Part shown: positions 1 to 10,406 of the stretch, piece after piece | Position numbering within the stretch: position 1 is the stretch's first letter | Layout of the letters: the number at the start of each line of letters is the position of its first letter | Assembly (NCBI GenBank): GCA_031401615.1 | Contig: JANNRS010000011.1 | Coordinates: 1-40,548 of the forward strand | Length of the DNA stretch: 40,548 nt | Origin: Minisyncoccota bacterium | Lineage (GTDB): Bacteria; Patescibacteriota; Minisyncoccia; Phycocordibacterales; UBA9973 | Reading direction: 5' to 3' | The notes under the pieces: generated by a model | Seen by the model: the letters and a program-made list of their open reading frames with translations, nothing else | Databases searched by the model: none | What the model was told of the DNA's origin: nothing | Program-made: the position numbers and the translations under genes

Positions 1-141
1 ACTCAACAACTCTTCCTATTGAGGATCACGATTTAGTTTCAGGTCAATCTGATTATACCCTAGAAACAACCCACGCTAAAGTTTTAAAAGTCAGAGTAAA
101 AGACTCAAACGGTAATTATGTAACGTTGAAAAATATATCCC
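1..141. repeat. Terminal direct repeat, copy 1 (circular overlap)
   Basis: Bases 1-141 are identical to 40408-40548, giving a unit length of 40407 bp. Confidence 0.97.
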
Positions 142-560
142 GAAGAGATTTGAGCGATTCACAATTAGCAGAAACAGGTATCCCTTGGGGGTATGATCTA
201 CTTGGGAATTCGGTAATTTTAGTCGGGACTCCTAATTATAGCTATACTTCAGGGCTAGAAATACAAGTACAAAGTCCTATGGCATATTTTTTAACTACGG
301 ATACTACCAAAGAACCCGGATTCCCCTCAATGTTTCACCCACTCGTCACTCTGTGGACAAAATATTTTTATGCTTATCCAAAAAGATTAGCGATAGCAAA
401 GGATTTAAGACAGGAGATATTAGTCATGGAAAGAGAATTGGAAGAGGCAATGAACCAAAGGGATTATGGAAAGGCTAAAACCCTCTCTGTGAGCCGTGAA
501 GATTATGGTGGCTCGGCTTTGAATGGAAGTTTAAATTATAATCCTAAAGGAATGTCATGA
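1..560 (+). CDS. 3' part of putative head-tail adaptor; full gene is 40209..40407 joined to 1..560 (252 aa)
   Basis: ATG 40209 reads through the overlap in frame with ORF 126..560; lies between capsid and tail genes. Confidence 0.65.
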   Translation, partial: STTLPIEDHDLVSGQSDYTLETTHAKVLKVRVKDSNGNYVTLKNISRRDLSDSQLAETGIPWGYDLLGNSVILVGTPNYSYTSGLEIQVQSPMAYFLTTDTTKEPGFPSMFHPLVTLWTKYFYAYPKRLAIAKDLRQEILVMERELEEAMNQRDYGKAKTLSVSREDYGGSALNGSLNYNPKGMS

Positions 561-754
561 AATATAAAATAAAAAAACAGGGAATGAATTTAGTAGGATC
601 AGAAGTTGGGGACATTGTTGATATGAATGAGGATGCTTTCAAGTATAACAGTGAATTTGTAGAAGAATGCGAAGATCAAAATGTGAAGTCGAAACATGTT
701 TTGTTTTATGCAGATGTGAGTAAAGCGAAAAATGGGATTTTAACAATTAATTAA
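557..754 (+). CDS. Hypothetical protein, 65 aa
   Basis: ATGA overlap with the upstream gene in the structural operon. Confidence 0.65.
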   Translation: MKYKIKKQGMNLVGSEVGDIVDMNEDAFKYNSEFVEECEDQNVKSKHVLFYADVSKAKNGILTIN

Positions 755-759
755 ATACG

Positions 760-1206
760 ATGGCAAATAATGGTTTTTATGGTTTGGTGTTCAAGACTTT
801 CTTTGATTCAGCGTTTACAAAAATAAACTTTGATTCGGACACAATAAAGGTCGCTTTACTAGATTCAGGTTATACCCCTGATTTTGATACGCATAATGCC
901 TTTGATGATCTTACAAATGAAGAGGCAGGAACAGGATATACAGCAGGCGGGGCTACTTTAGGCTCTAAAACTCTTACTCTTGATACTACTAACAATAGGT
1001 ATGTGCTAGACGCTGCGGATACTACTTGGATAGTTTCTAGTATTACTACCAGATATGCAGCTGTCTATAAATCTACTGGAGTGGGTTCAACTTCTCTCTT
1101 GATTTGTCTTATCAACTTCGCAACTGATAGAACTTCAGATGGCGGGACTTTTCAGATTACTTGGCACGCAGACGGAATCGCTTATTTGTCTTACCCAATA
1201 GTTTAA
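760..1206 (+). CDS. Putative tail-associated structural protein
   Basis: DTIKVALL..GYTAGG..DAADTTW..GGTFQITW..DGI pattern recalled from phage tail modules. Confidence 0.65.
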   Translation: MANNGFYGLVFKTFFDSAFTKINFDSDTIKVALLDSGYTPDFDTHNAFDDLTNEEAGTGYTAGGATLGSKTLTLDTTNNRYVLDAADTTWIVSSITTRYAAVYKSTGVGSTSLLICLINFATDRTSDGGTFQITWHADGIAYLSYPIV

Positions 1207-1210
1207 AATT

Positions 1211-2071
1211 ATGGCAGTCGCAATCGCATCATCAAATACCAATACTACCGCTTCAGGTACTTCCTGTGTCGTAACTAAACCAACTGGATTAGCTGTAGGA
1301 GATTTGATGATTGGGGCTATCCATTCAAAACATACGACTAATGATGTTCAAGTTAGTGCCCCGGGAGGTTGGACTTCAATTCAGAATAATAGAATTTTTA
1401 ATGGTGGTGAAAATGTTGGAACAGCGATGGGAGTATTCTATAAAGTGGCTGATGCTGGAGATGTGGCTGCTGCTAACTTTGATTTTACCGCTGATAATAT
1501 AGGAGCTCTAGGAGCTTGTGTTTTGAGGATAACAGGTCATAGTCCCTCAGTTCCATTAAATACCTCTAATGGTGCAGTTACTGATAACGGCGGTAGTGCA
1601 GGGTCATATTCTTTTGCTGGTATAACACCAACATTTGCTGATTGCTTACTATTATTATTTGCTGGTACTAGAGCTTCTACCTCTCACGATACTTATGCTA
1701 TTGTGACTTCCAATCCAAGTTGGACAGAACTCTTTGATAGAAATACTTCTTTTTCTCTAGGTTATGCAAATAGACCTGAAACTTCAGCAACAGGGAATGC
1801 TAGTTATGCTATTGCTGGGGCTGGAGCTAACACTGATGCTATTGGAGCTTTAGTGGCTATCAAACCATTACAAGATGTAACGATCACTCCCGCAGCAATT
1901 ACAGGCTCAAGTGTAGTAAATACTCCAACTATAGCCGGAGGAGGAACAGTGTCACCAAGTCCTGTCGCGGCGTCTTCTGTTGTAAATACCCCAAGCTATA
2001 TCGGCAAAGCCCCTTGGAGTAAAAGATCAAGGAGTGGTACACCAGATTGGACGGCTAGATCAAGAAGCTAA
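1211..2071 (+). CDS. Putative tail/surface beta-sandwich protein
   Basis: Ala/Gly/Ser/Thr-rich; KPTGLAVGDLMI..APGGWT..VFYKVA resembles a segment of 15433..17385. Confidence 0.6.
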   Translation: MAVAIASSNTNTTASGTSCVVTKPTGLAVGDLMIGAIHSKHTTNDVQVSAPGGWTSIQNNRIFNGGENVGTAMGVFYKVADAGDVAAANFDFTADNIGALGACVLRITGHSPSVPLNTSNGAVTDNGGSAGSYSFAGITPTFADCLLLLFAGTRASTSHDTYAIVTSNPSWTELFDRNTSFSLGYANRPETSATGNASYAIAGAGANTDAIGALVAIKPLQDVTITPAAITGSSVVNTPTIAGGGTVSPSPVAASSVVNTPSYIGKAPWSKRSRSGTPDWTARSRS

Positions 2072-2076
2072 ATTTT

Positions 2077-2394
2077 ATGGATAAAGAAAAATACGAAAAA
2101 AAAATAGCAGAATTAGAGAATAGGATTAGACAACTAGAGAGCCATTTTATATCTGGTTTTAAAGATGAGAAACAATTAAAAAATAAGTTGAAATTACCCC
2201 AATTAAAATTTTTAAAGAATGACACTGCTGGGCATAATGTTTTTTGGGATACGACTGATCCCGCTCAAGAAGTAGTGGAAGTGTTGGAGATACCCTATGT
2301 TTGGTGTGAAGTGACATTTGACCCACCAGCTCCAGTTCCTCACAGACTTCTTATCCCTCTTTGGAGGGCTAATTATAATGAATTTCAGCCGTAA
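2077..2394 (+). CDS. Hypothetical protein, N-terminal coiled coil
   Basis: Tightly packed ORF; KKIAELENRIRQLE heptads. Confidence 0.65.
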   Translation: MDKEKYEKKIAELENRIRQLESHFISGFKDEKQLKNKLKLPQLKFLKNDTAGHNVFWDTTDPAQEVVEVLEIPYVWCEVTFDPPAPVPHRLLIPLWRANYNEFQP

Positions 2395-2403
2395 TTTTCA
2401 TCT

Positions 2404-4179
2404 ATGATATTACCTAATCAACAAAAACAATGGATTCAAAACAACGAAAGTGAGATTTTTAGTAATCTAAACAGTCTTTACGATACCTATAATATGGATT
2501 TTGAATCTAACAAGGGTGCGATTAGAGTTTTTCCTAGGATTGTTTTGAATACAAATGGGTTAGATGGTTGTCCTTGGGGTTTTAGGTTTTTTGATACTAG
2601 AATATGGGCTGGGGCTGGAACATTGATTTATTCAAATAGTGGTGTACCCCAGGGTAATTTTTCTGCCGATGCTTCAACTGATTTTCAATCAGACTATTCC
2701 TCGGATGAATCTGATATGGAGACTTTTAATGGGACTCTATGTACTACCACCACAGACGCTTTATATAGTAAAGTAAGTAATGGATCTGGTACTGGAGCTT
2801 GGACAGCTAGAGATGCCTTAAGCACTGGCGGACAACATATTCTAGCTTACTTCAAGAAAGTTAACCGACTATACTATACTAATCTTTCGGCCAGTATTAT
2901 TTCAATAAGTACTGCTTGGGCAACGGCAGACCCCGGAGTAGACTATGCTATCACTCTATCAGTTGATACAAGTTCGTATACAATCACTTCTTTTAAATTT
3001 AGTTCAGATAGAGCTTGGATAGGTATACTTGATAAAACAAAAGAAGGAGCAACTGGTAAAATAGTAACTTGGGATGGTATCTCATCTCAAATAATGCAAG
3101 AGTATAAACTTAATTCACAGGGATGTTTGTGTTTGATTATTGATCCAAGAACAGATGCTCCTTTTGTTATTGATGTTTATGGTTCTCTTCTTCAATACAA
3201 CAACGCAGGTTTTGAGGAAGTTGGAAGACTACCAGTATCTAGTAAACATCTTCAAGCAATGAATGATGTAGATAATGAGAGATTTATCCATCCTAATGGA
3301 ATGGTGATAACCAAAGAAGGCAATATCAGAGTTATGGTGAATAACATCAATGTTGATGGTACTTATAATGAAAATTTCAAAGCTGGTGTATATGAGTTTA
3401 GACCGATAGGAAATGGAAAGTATTCCTGTCATCATCTTGGATCTCCTAGTTCTTCAGGAGCAACAATTACAGATTATGGCCAGACTAGGCTATCTAGAGT
3501 TGGAGCTTTGGCATCAATGGACGTTTATAGTAACAGCGCCAACCGCAATGGAACCTTCTTGTGTGGAGCGACTTACTTTACTAATGCGAGTAGTACTTCT
3601 AGTGCTATTTTTTACGATGACTCTAACGACACTCTTCAAAAAGCTGGTTATCTAGTGACTGCTAAAATATTCTCTCCTAACATTACTGAATTTTGGAATA
3701 AACTTATTCCAAGGCTGAAACGTCTAAGAGATAGCAGTGATCTTATAGTTGGAAAATACTGCACATCAGATTTTGATCACTTAGATATAAATATCACAAC
3801 TTGGTCTAGTTCTAATTCTGTGAGGACTGACACTGATATTTCTGACTTTGCAGTGGGGGATGAAATTGAGTTTACACAGGGTGAAGGAGCTGGAAGATCT
3901 TTTCATATTGAAACTATCACCGATTTAGGTGGTAGTGTAACTGAAATTCACCTTGACGATGCCTTTACAGGTCTTTCTGGGGCTTCTGGGAAAGCTCGTC
4001 TCCAAAAGTGGAAGAAAATGGGAGAGTTTAGTTCGCAAGAAGAAAACTTTACTGAATTTGATCTCACCGAAGAAAGTAATTCGGTCTGGGTAAAGTTTAA
4101 AATATTTATGATTTTTAAGGGGAAAGACGAGATTTATGATTTTAATTTAATTAATCAAGTAGATAAACTAATACAATAA
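2404..4179 (+). CDS. Putative tail nozzle/stabilisation protein
   Basis: 591 aa, beta-rich; sits before ejection-type genes, like P22 gp10/T7 gp12 (positional inference). Confidence 0.5.
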   Translation: MILPNQQKQWIQNNESEIFSNLNSLYDTYNMDFESNKGAIRVFPRIVLNTNGLDGCPWGFRFFDTRIWAGAGTLIYSNSGVPQGNFSADASTDFQSDYSSDESDMETFNGTLCTTTTDALYSKVSNGSGTGAWTARDALSTGGQHILAYFKKVNRLYYTNLSASIISISTAWATADPGVDYAITLSVDTSSYTITSFKFSSDRAWIGILDKTKEGATGKIVTWDGISSQIMQEYKLNSQGCLCLIIDPRTDAPFVIDVYGSLLQYNNAGFEEVGRLPVSSKHLQAMNDVDNERFIHPNGMVITKEGNIRVMVNNINVDGTYNENFKAGVYEFRPIGNGKYSCHHLGSPSSSGATITDYGQTRLSRVGALASMDVYSNSANRNGTFLCGATYFTNASSTSSAIFYDDSNDTLQKAGYLVTAKIFSPNITEFWNKLIPRLKRLRDSSDLIVGKYCTSDFDHLDINITTWSSSNSVRTDTDISDFAVGDEIEFTQGEGAGRSFHIETITDLGGSVTEIHLDDAFTGLSGASGKARLQKWKKMGEFSSQEENFTEFDLTEESNSVWVKFKIFMIFKGKDEIYDFNLINQVDKLIQ

Positions 4180-4188
4180 CCAAATTTT

Positions 4189-5640
4189 ATGGATGAAAGA
4201 ACAAAAAAACTAATTAATACCTATAAGACTTCCGGGCCTCTTTCGTCTGGGGCAATAAAAGATGTCTTTGACACTACCCCAACTACAATCGCATCCCCTA
4301 CTCCTGCCCCCACACCTCAATCTCCTGTAACTTTGCCACAACCTAAAGCAGACAAAATCCAAGAAGCCTACATCACCTCTCTATCTGAAAACCAAGCTAC
4401 AACTAGAAAGACTTTAGAAGATACTTATAAGTCTCAAAAAGATGCAATAGATAAGGAAAAAGAAACTCTTGAAATAAAACAACAAGGCTACCTTTCAAAT
4501 ATAGACCCTACTACTAGACCAACCTACGACCAAGAAACTCGCATAATGCAAAACCAACTGGATGCTTCCGAAAGTGCATCTAAGACTTTGCAGACTAATT
4601 TTGAAGAAAATCAAAAACTAGTAGGTGAATTGGAGAAACTGCTAACCGAAGGAAATACTTTGATTGAACAACAAAGGAGAACCCCCGGAGCCTTATTATC
4701 AGGAGCTACTATCGCAACTAATAAAACTATCCAAGATGTGTCTGCAAGGACTGGTGTAATTAATGCTGTATTAAGTGCAAGAGACGGCCAGATTGCTCAA
4801 GCCCACAATATAATTAATCAGGGACGTGATGCGGTAAAAGCCCAATGGGATGATCAGAAAGCATATTATAATACCCTTCTTGATTATAACGATAAAAAAA
4901 TAATCTCTCTTGATGAAGACTCAAAAGCTATAGCCGAGAAACAAGTGGGATTGATTGAGAATGATTTGAAACAAGTTGATGAGACGGTTAACTACTTAAA
5001 AGAACAAATGGTAGACCCTAAGACTGCTCAATTTATGGCTGAAGCTGGGGTAACTTTGACAGATAGCATTAAGACAATAAATACTAAAATGGCTAAACAA
5101 GCTAAGGTAGTAGAAATACGAGAAAAGTCTAACGAACTCTCAGAAAAAGGCTATACCCAAGTCCCTATGGGAACAGTTGGGGCTGTGCCTTTGAATGTAG
5201 GAGGAACTACCCTATATTTTAAAAAAACAGGGAAAGGTATTGACGATAAAGATACAAACGATACTAGAGACGAATACGTGTTAGCGGAAGAATTTGTAAA
5301 TGCTAACCCCGAAGCTACTGATGAAGAAATCAAATCTTCTCTTTTAAGGGATTCTAACCTCTCTGTAACAGATATAAACGCTATACTAGCGAATAGACCT
5401 AACAAAGTAACTGTAAGCGAAGAAGATGCTACCGACATTGCTATCCAAGCGATAGAAAATTCATTTGAAAAGAAGTTTTTCTCATCTAGAACAGGTGAAC
5501 TAAAATCTACTAAAGACTTTGTAAAGAAAAATCTTGAGGCTGTACTTGATGCTCTAGGACACAAAGATATGAACGAGAACGATAAGGAAAGGATATTGCA
5601 AGCCATTGAAGGTATAACTGTAGATGATATAGAAGTATGA
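4189..5640 (+). CDS. Putative internal virion/ejection protein
   Basis: 483 aa; Pro/Thr-rich N-terminus followed by long helical coiled coil. Confidence 0.5.
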   Translation: MDERTKKLINTYKTSGPLSSGAIKDVFDTTPTTIASPTPAPTPQSPVTLPQPKADKIQEAYITSLSENQATTRKTLEDTYKSQKDAIDKEKETLEIKQQGYLSNIDPTTRPTYDQETRIMQNQLDASESASKTLQTNFEENQKLVGELEKLLTEGNTLIEQQRRTPGALLSGATIATNKTIQDVSARTGVINAVLSARDGQIAQAHNIINQGRDAVKAQWDDQKAYYNTLLDYNDKKIISLDEDSKAIAEKQVGLIENDLKQVDETVNYLKEQMVDPKTAQFMAEAGVTLTDSIKTINTKMAKQAKVVEIREKSNELSEKGYTQVPMGTVGAVPLNVGGTTLYFKKTGKGIDDKDTNDTRDEYVLAEEFVNANPEATDEEIKSSLLRDSNLSVTDINAILANRPNKVTVSEEDATDIAIQAIENSFEKKFFSSRTGELKSTKDFVKKNLEAVLDALGHKDMNENDKERILQAIEGITVDDIEV

Positions 5641-8600
5641 TAAATTTTGCAGAATTTAAAACAAAAGTAAAGACTGGTATATCCAGTGACTCGGCTAGTG
5701 CTTTGAGTTTTGCTAACTTTAAAACAAAACCAAAAGTAGAGACACCTAAAATAACTCAACCAATAGATATAAGGAAAGAACCAAACTTTTCTGATTTTAA
5801 ATTTCAAACAAGTACTTCACCTTTCCTTTCTCCTAATACGCCAACCATACAAGGTGTTGTCGGAACTTTTGCTAAAGAAGCTGGACAATCAACTATGCGT
5901 AATATAGCTTCGTTTATAGGATCAGAAGCACTTGAATCTGTCGTAAAGCCTGTAACTAAAAAAGTATCAGAACTAGAGAAGGGTAGTCTAAATTTTCAAT
6001 TTTTCACCGAAGACCTTGCTAAAAGACTTTATGGGGATGTAGAAGATTTGACCTCTGTAGAAATTACAGGGGAAAGTAGAGCAGAGCAACTAGCCCCTAT
6101 CGGAGACAGAATTGTAGGGCTTGAAAAACGCCTAGATGAGAAGAAAAAAGAATATGATGAAATCCTAAAGACCCCGGGATTACTTCCTAATGAGAAGTTA
6201 GTTTTAGAGGGGCTTTCTAATTTAATAGGCAAACAAAAAGGAGGATTGTCAACAATCTTAATCGGCGGAATGGTAGGACTTGATGTAGTCCCCGGTTTTG
6301 GTAGTGCTGATAACTTCCTAAAAACTTTAGTCAAGGAAGGAACCGAACTTGGGGCTGAAAGGACTCTACTAAAACTTGGAGTATCCGAAGACCTTGCTAA
6401 ATTCTATGCTCCTGATGTAGTCAAAGTAAAGAACACAAAAGAAGCTCAAACTTTGTATGAGGCAATAGTAAAAGCTCAAACATCAACCAAACCAACATTA
6501 GGGATTAAACCATTTACAACAAAAGCGACAGTGGACAACTCCCTCCTCTCCGAAGCTCGTAAGTATAAGAGTGCGGAGGAGTTTGTGAATACACAGGGGA
6601 AACCCATTTACCACGGTTCATCAGAAGTAATAAGTGGCGATTTTAGAACCCCATTATATTTAAGTGAAAATAAAGCATACGCAGATACCTACCAGCATAC
6701 AGGGGCTTCTTCAATGGGGCGTGTTAAAAAAGGTGGTGGAGAAAAAACATATGAGTTTTATAAAGCACCAAAAGAAAGAATACTTGATGTTCGCAATCCA
6801 GAGCATATGGCTTTAATGGAAGATTATTTTGCGAATGAAAGTGTTAGCGGAGCATTTTATCCTTCAAAAAGAGGGCTTGTGGATTGGACTGATGCGGAGG
6901 GTATTTCTCAATATGTTGAAGATAAAAAACTACCATTTGATGCACTCTTAATTGACGAGGGCGGAATACCAGACCCATTTTCAAACAAAACGATTGATAG
7001 AGGAATTGGATATGTCGCATTAAATAAAAATGGTATCAAAACCAAATCCCAACTCACCGATATATGGAATAAGACACAAGTGGAGATACCAAAAGAAACA
7101 CCTAAAATCCCTAAACCAACCACAGAAGCTAATCCTCCAACTATCGCCTCCATAAAAGAACTTGGTAAAAGAGTAGACAGTTTAGCTGGAAAATCTAAAG
7201 AAGTTATAAAACAAGAAATAAGTGAGCTGGAAGAGAGACTGTCTTTTTTTAAAGAAGGACTGGACGAGATGCCCGGCAAAAAACTTGAGAAGTTTATTGA
7301 TAAAAAAGAAGGATCGTTCTTAGATTTCAAAAATCCTGACTTAGTGAAGACAGCCAAAGAACGACAACTGATAATTGAGCAAAATAAGAAAATAATGCGA
7401 GCTTCTGAAAGTGCCTTTGAAGGAACTCAATACACGGACATGTTTGATGACCCAGACACTATACGAGAAGCAATAGACAAGTACCAAGAAACAAGAAATA
7501 AAGCAGAAACCATACAACAAAATATAACAAATCTACGCAAAGAAGGAGCCTTGATCACTAAAGCCAAAGTAGCTTCGGGGATAGGTATGCGACAAAGACG
7601 CACGCAGTATAGAGCGGTGCAAGCACGGTACGATCTAACTGATAGTGAACTTAAGAAATTCCTACATGGTAGAAATATCTCATCTATGGAAAATGACGAG
7701 TGGTCTTCATTTTTAAAAGAAGCTGAAATATATGGTGAAAAAACTGAATTACACAGGGATGCCATGATCCAGCTTAAAGGTACTATTGAACACAAAGAAC
7801 TGAAGAATTGGGATAATTTAAGGCAAGCTCTAAATCTCCCCCCCATTCACCAAATGGATACTGAACAGATAAAAAACTTAGAGAATATACTAGATCAATA
7901 TAAATCTGGTGATGACTTCCTACCTGTCCGAATGATTGAGACTCTACCTAACACCGAACTTGCTGGAATAAAAACAACAAGGGAAGTGTTGGAAGTCTTG
8001 TCTAAAAAGTCAGGTAAAGCAGTGGAGAATATGCCTATCCAACCTAGTGAATGGCATAGAATGTTGGGGGATAGAAGACTAGCTCAACAACATCCTTTCT
8101 TAGAAGTCTTAGTGGAAAGAAAAAATAGAGGACTAATGCAAGCGGAAGCTAGAACTATAGAACTCTCTGATGAGATAGATGGACTAGTTAAAAACGCTAG
8201 AACCTCAAGAGAAAAAGGTGTATTAGACAAAGCGATACCTAGTGATGACAACATAATCAGATGGCTTGAAGCGGACGAGGCTGGTAAGACTGCTTTGGCT
8301 AAAGAAATGACTACCGAAGAATTAAAAGCTTCCAAAAGAATGGATGAAGTATTTAAAAGCTACTATGAATATCTAATCAAAAGACACGCTGATAAAAAGT
8401 TTTCACGATTTGAAGGACAGTATTTCCCTCACGTTAGAAGAGGATTTTTAGAAGCTTGGAAAGATGATGGTGTCTTATCTGCATTTAAAGAAATGAAAGC
8501 TAAATACGAGCAAGACGCTTTCACAATGAACATCCTCAATGAGCAGACTCAAGAAATATTACCTTATGAAAAATGGATAGGGTTTTCACAATTTCGTTCT

Positions 8601-9896
8601 GGGGGACTTGTTCCTACTAAAAATGCTGCTAAAGCTTTTGATGCTTATGTGACGGCTTTGGAAAAAGCTAAACATCTTGACGAAATGATACCCGAAATGA
8701 TGGCTTATGTGCATACACTATCTCCTCGTAATTTATCGGAGGGTGGGATTGAATTGGACACTTCACTAAAGAAATTTGTAAAAGAATATATTAATGCAAA
8801 TAAGGGTAGAGTGCCTAAAGGTTTTTTTAACCCGGGGGGGAGTTTTGATGCAATGAATAGAGGTTTAATATCTCTCACTAGAATGCTTGATTTAGGTTTT
8901 AACTTTACTACTCAAATTGCTGCACCAATAGGTGAAAATCTGATGACTCTTACAATGCTAAAACCAAAGGCTTATGCTCAAGCTCTAGTTAGATCACAAT
9001 CTCAACAGGGTAAAGCCATATTAAATAAATACAAAGAATTTGTAGGTAGAACTCCTTGGGATTCTGCAACAAGAGCTTCATCAGATATAGGAGATAAATT
9101 AATGTCAGGAGCGTTTGCTATCTATGGGCAAGCTACAAAACAAGCTAATGGGATGTTTTTACTTGGTAAACTCACTGATGAAGAGTTAAAAACAGGGGTG
9201 GTATCTGCTCAAAGGTTAGCTCAACTCAAAGTAGAAATGAGTAAATATCGTTCTGTGAGAGGCTTGGAGTCTATCTTGGGTAGGACAACGGAAGCCGAAA
9301 CTCTAAAGCAATATAAATCTTGGGCTATTCCTCCCTTAACTGCTACAGTAGAAAATGCTCGTGAGTTAGCTTCTATTGTAAGAAGGGATGGAGTAGTCAA
9401 AGCCCTTTCATCTGAAGCAGGTAAAGAATTGTTTTACTCTGTAGGTATCGGATCGGCCATCGGGTTGATGACTTATACAAAGTATAGAGAATTAAAAGAC
9501 AAGGGAGGTGACAGGTCGTTTATGGAAGATGTGGCTTTCAAAGCTATGCGAGACTCCGTGTCTATTTATGGAGCATTTGACCCCACCCTTTGGTCTAAAG
9601 TCAGAGTGGCGGATTTCTTAGATGATATGGCTACTGCATCTTTAGATTTAATCAAAATGGAAGAATACAAAACTACTGGAAAGTTGAAAGGAGTACAGGA
9701 GTTTAAAGAGACCCTAACACCATCAATAGTAAAAAGAGTAATTCCAGATGAGGAAGATGCAACTGGGATAAAAGGTAAATTACAAAAATTGAGAGACAAA
9801 GATAAAACAAATGTCCGATCTAAACTTCAAGACCTAAGAAAGAGTAGTGGAAGTGTCAGAGATAAATTACAAGAACTACGCAAACAAGGCTCTTAA
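5637..9896 (+). CDS. Large putative ejection/polyvalent protein with internal ART-like domain
   Basis: 1419 aa, helical; YHGS..LYLS..ADTY..FDAL..YVAL..IK segment at ~6534-7073; YFPH motif in the C-terminal half. Confidence 0.65.
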   Translation: MINFAEFKTKVKTGISSDSASALSFANFKTKPKVETPKITQPIDIRKEPNFSDFKFQTSTSPFLSPNTPTIQGVVGTFAKEAGQSTMRNIASFIGSEALESVVKPVTKKVSELEKGSLNFQFFTEDLAKRLYGDVEDLTSVEITGESRAEQLAPIGDRIVGLEKRLDEKKKEYDEILKTPGLLPNEKLVLEGLSNLIGKQKGGLSTILIGGMVGLDVVPGFGSADNFLKTLVKEGTELGAERTLLKLGVSEDLAKFYAPDVVKVKNTKEAQTLYEAIVKAQTSTKPTLGIKPFTTKATVDNSLLSEARKYKSAEEFVNTQGKPIYHGSSEVISGDFRTPLYLSENKAYADTYQHTGASSMGRVKKGGGEKTYEFYKAPKERILDVRNPEHMALMEDYFANESVSGAFYPSKRGLVDWTDAEGISQYVEDKKLPFDALLIDEGGIPDPFSNKTIDRGIGYVALNKNGIKTKSQLTDIWNKTQVEIPKETPKIPKPTTEANPPTIASIKELGKRVDSLAGKSKEVIKQEISELEERLSFFKEGLDEMPGKKLEKFIDKKEGSFLDFKNPDLVKTAKERQLIIEQNKKIMRASESAFEGTQYTDMFDDPDTIREAIDKYQETRNKAETIQQNITNLRKEGALITKAKVASGIGMRQRRTQYRAVQARYDLTDSELKKFLHGRNISSMENDEWSSFLKEAEIYGEKTELHRDAMIQLKGTIEHKELKNWDNLRQALNLPPIHQMDTEQIKNLENILDQYKSGDDFLPVRMIETLPNTELAGIKTTREVLEVLSKKSGKAVENMPIQPSEWHRMLGDRRLAQQHPFLEVLVERKNRGLMQAEARTIELSDEIDGLVKNARTSREKGVLDKAIPSDDNIIRWLEADEAGKTALAKEMTTEELKASKRMDEVFKSYYEYLIKRHADKKFSRFEGQYFPHVRRGFLEAWKDDGVLSAFKEMKAKYEQDAFTMNILNEQTQEILPYEKWIGFSQFRSGGLVPTKNAAKAFDAYVTALEKAKHLDEMIPEMMAYVHTLSPRNLSEGGIELDTSLKKFVKEYINANKGRVPKGFFNPGGSFDAMNRGLISLTRMLDLGFNFTTQIAAPIGENLMTLTMLKPKAYAQALVRSQSQQGKAILNKYKEFVGRTPWDSATRASSDIGDKLMSGAFAIYGQATKQANGMFLLGKLTDEELKTGVVSAQRLAQLKVEMSKYRSVRGLESILGRTTEAETLKQYKSWAIPPLTATVENARELASIVRRDGVVKALSSEAGKELFYSVGIGSAIGLMTYTKYRELKDKGGDRSFMEDVAFKAMRDSVSIYGAFDPTLWSKVRVADFLDDMATASLDLIKMEEYKTTGKLKGVQEFKETLTPSIVKRVIPDEEDATGIKGKLQKLRDKDKTNVRSKLQDLRKSSGSVRDKLQELRKQGS

Positions 9897-10004
9897 TATG
9901 TTCTGAATAATAAACATCACTATGAAATACCCAATCAAACAAATAAAAAGAACTTCATTACGAGAACTAGCTAATTTATTTAGTAGTGTTAGAAGTTTTT
10001 GCAT
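9876..10004 (-). CDS. Small membrane protein, 42 aa (not in ORF track)
   Basis: MQKLLTLLNKLASSRNEVLFICLIGYFIVMFIIQNILRALFA*; directly downstream of 10332..10024. Confidence 0.5.
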   Translation of the reverse strand: MQKLLTLLNKLASSRNEVLFICLIGYFIVMFIIQNILRALFA

Positions 10005-10023
10005 TATTTACAATAGAAGAAGA

Positions 10024-10332
10024 CTATCTCAATTTACCAACTTTAGATTGCAAATCATCAACTCTGCTAGTCAAATCTTCAAGGTTATTCACGCAACTCA
10101 TAGAAAGCAGACCTTCAGTCGTATTTCTATTAAGAGGGTAATCTCTGGAAGCTACATAACACTTAATTTCCTGTTCTACAGAATCTTCAACTTTATAGAC
10201 TCGTATTACAGAACTCTCAAGTTGAATGACGGCAATGTAATCACTAGCAGAATAATTTTTAATTACCTGAACAGCCCCGAATGTAATCAAAGGCAGAGCC
10301 AGAATGGAAACCAAAATGAGTGCTTTTTTCAT
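10024..10332 (-). CDS. Putative exported protein, moron-like
   Basis: MKKALILVSILALPLITFGA signal peptide; two Cys; C-terminal coiled coil; own promoter. Confidence 0.75.
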   Translation of the reverse strand: MKKALILVSILALPLITFGAVQVIKNYSASDYIAVIQLESSVIRVYKVEDSVEQEIKCYVASRDYPLNRNTTEGLLSMSCVNNLEDLTSRVDDLQSKVGKLR

Positions 10333-10359
10333 AGATTTAGTTTTATTACTAATAAATTA

Positions 10360-10388
10360 AGCATAAACCCTTATGAGAAATTTGTCAA
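10360..10388 (-). promoter_or_regulatory. Sigma70-type promoter of the antisense cassette
   Basis: Minus strand TTGACA-17 nt-TATGCT. Confidence 0.65.
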
Positions 10389-10391
10389 TAA

Positions 10392-10400
10392 TGCTATAAT
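10392..10400 (+). promoter_or_regulatory. Extended -10 promoter, probably leaderless
   Basis: TGCTATAAT, 6 nt before ATG 10407. Confidence 0.55.
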
Positions 10401-10406
10401 ATCAAT

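Noticed and set aside
1-141. Biological terminal repeat
   Set aside because: It cuts through a gene, and 141 nt matches a common assembler k-mer; it indicates circularity only
5151-9799. Several minus-strand ORFs (e.g. 5151, 6029, 6908, 7427, 8084, 9566)
   Set aside because: Antisense shadows of long + strand genes with no motifs
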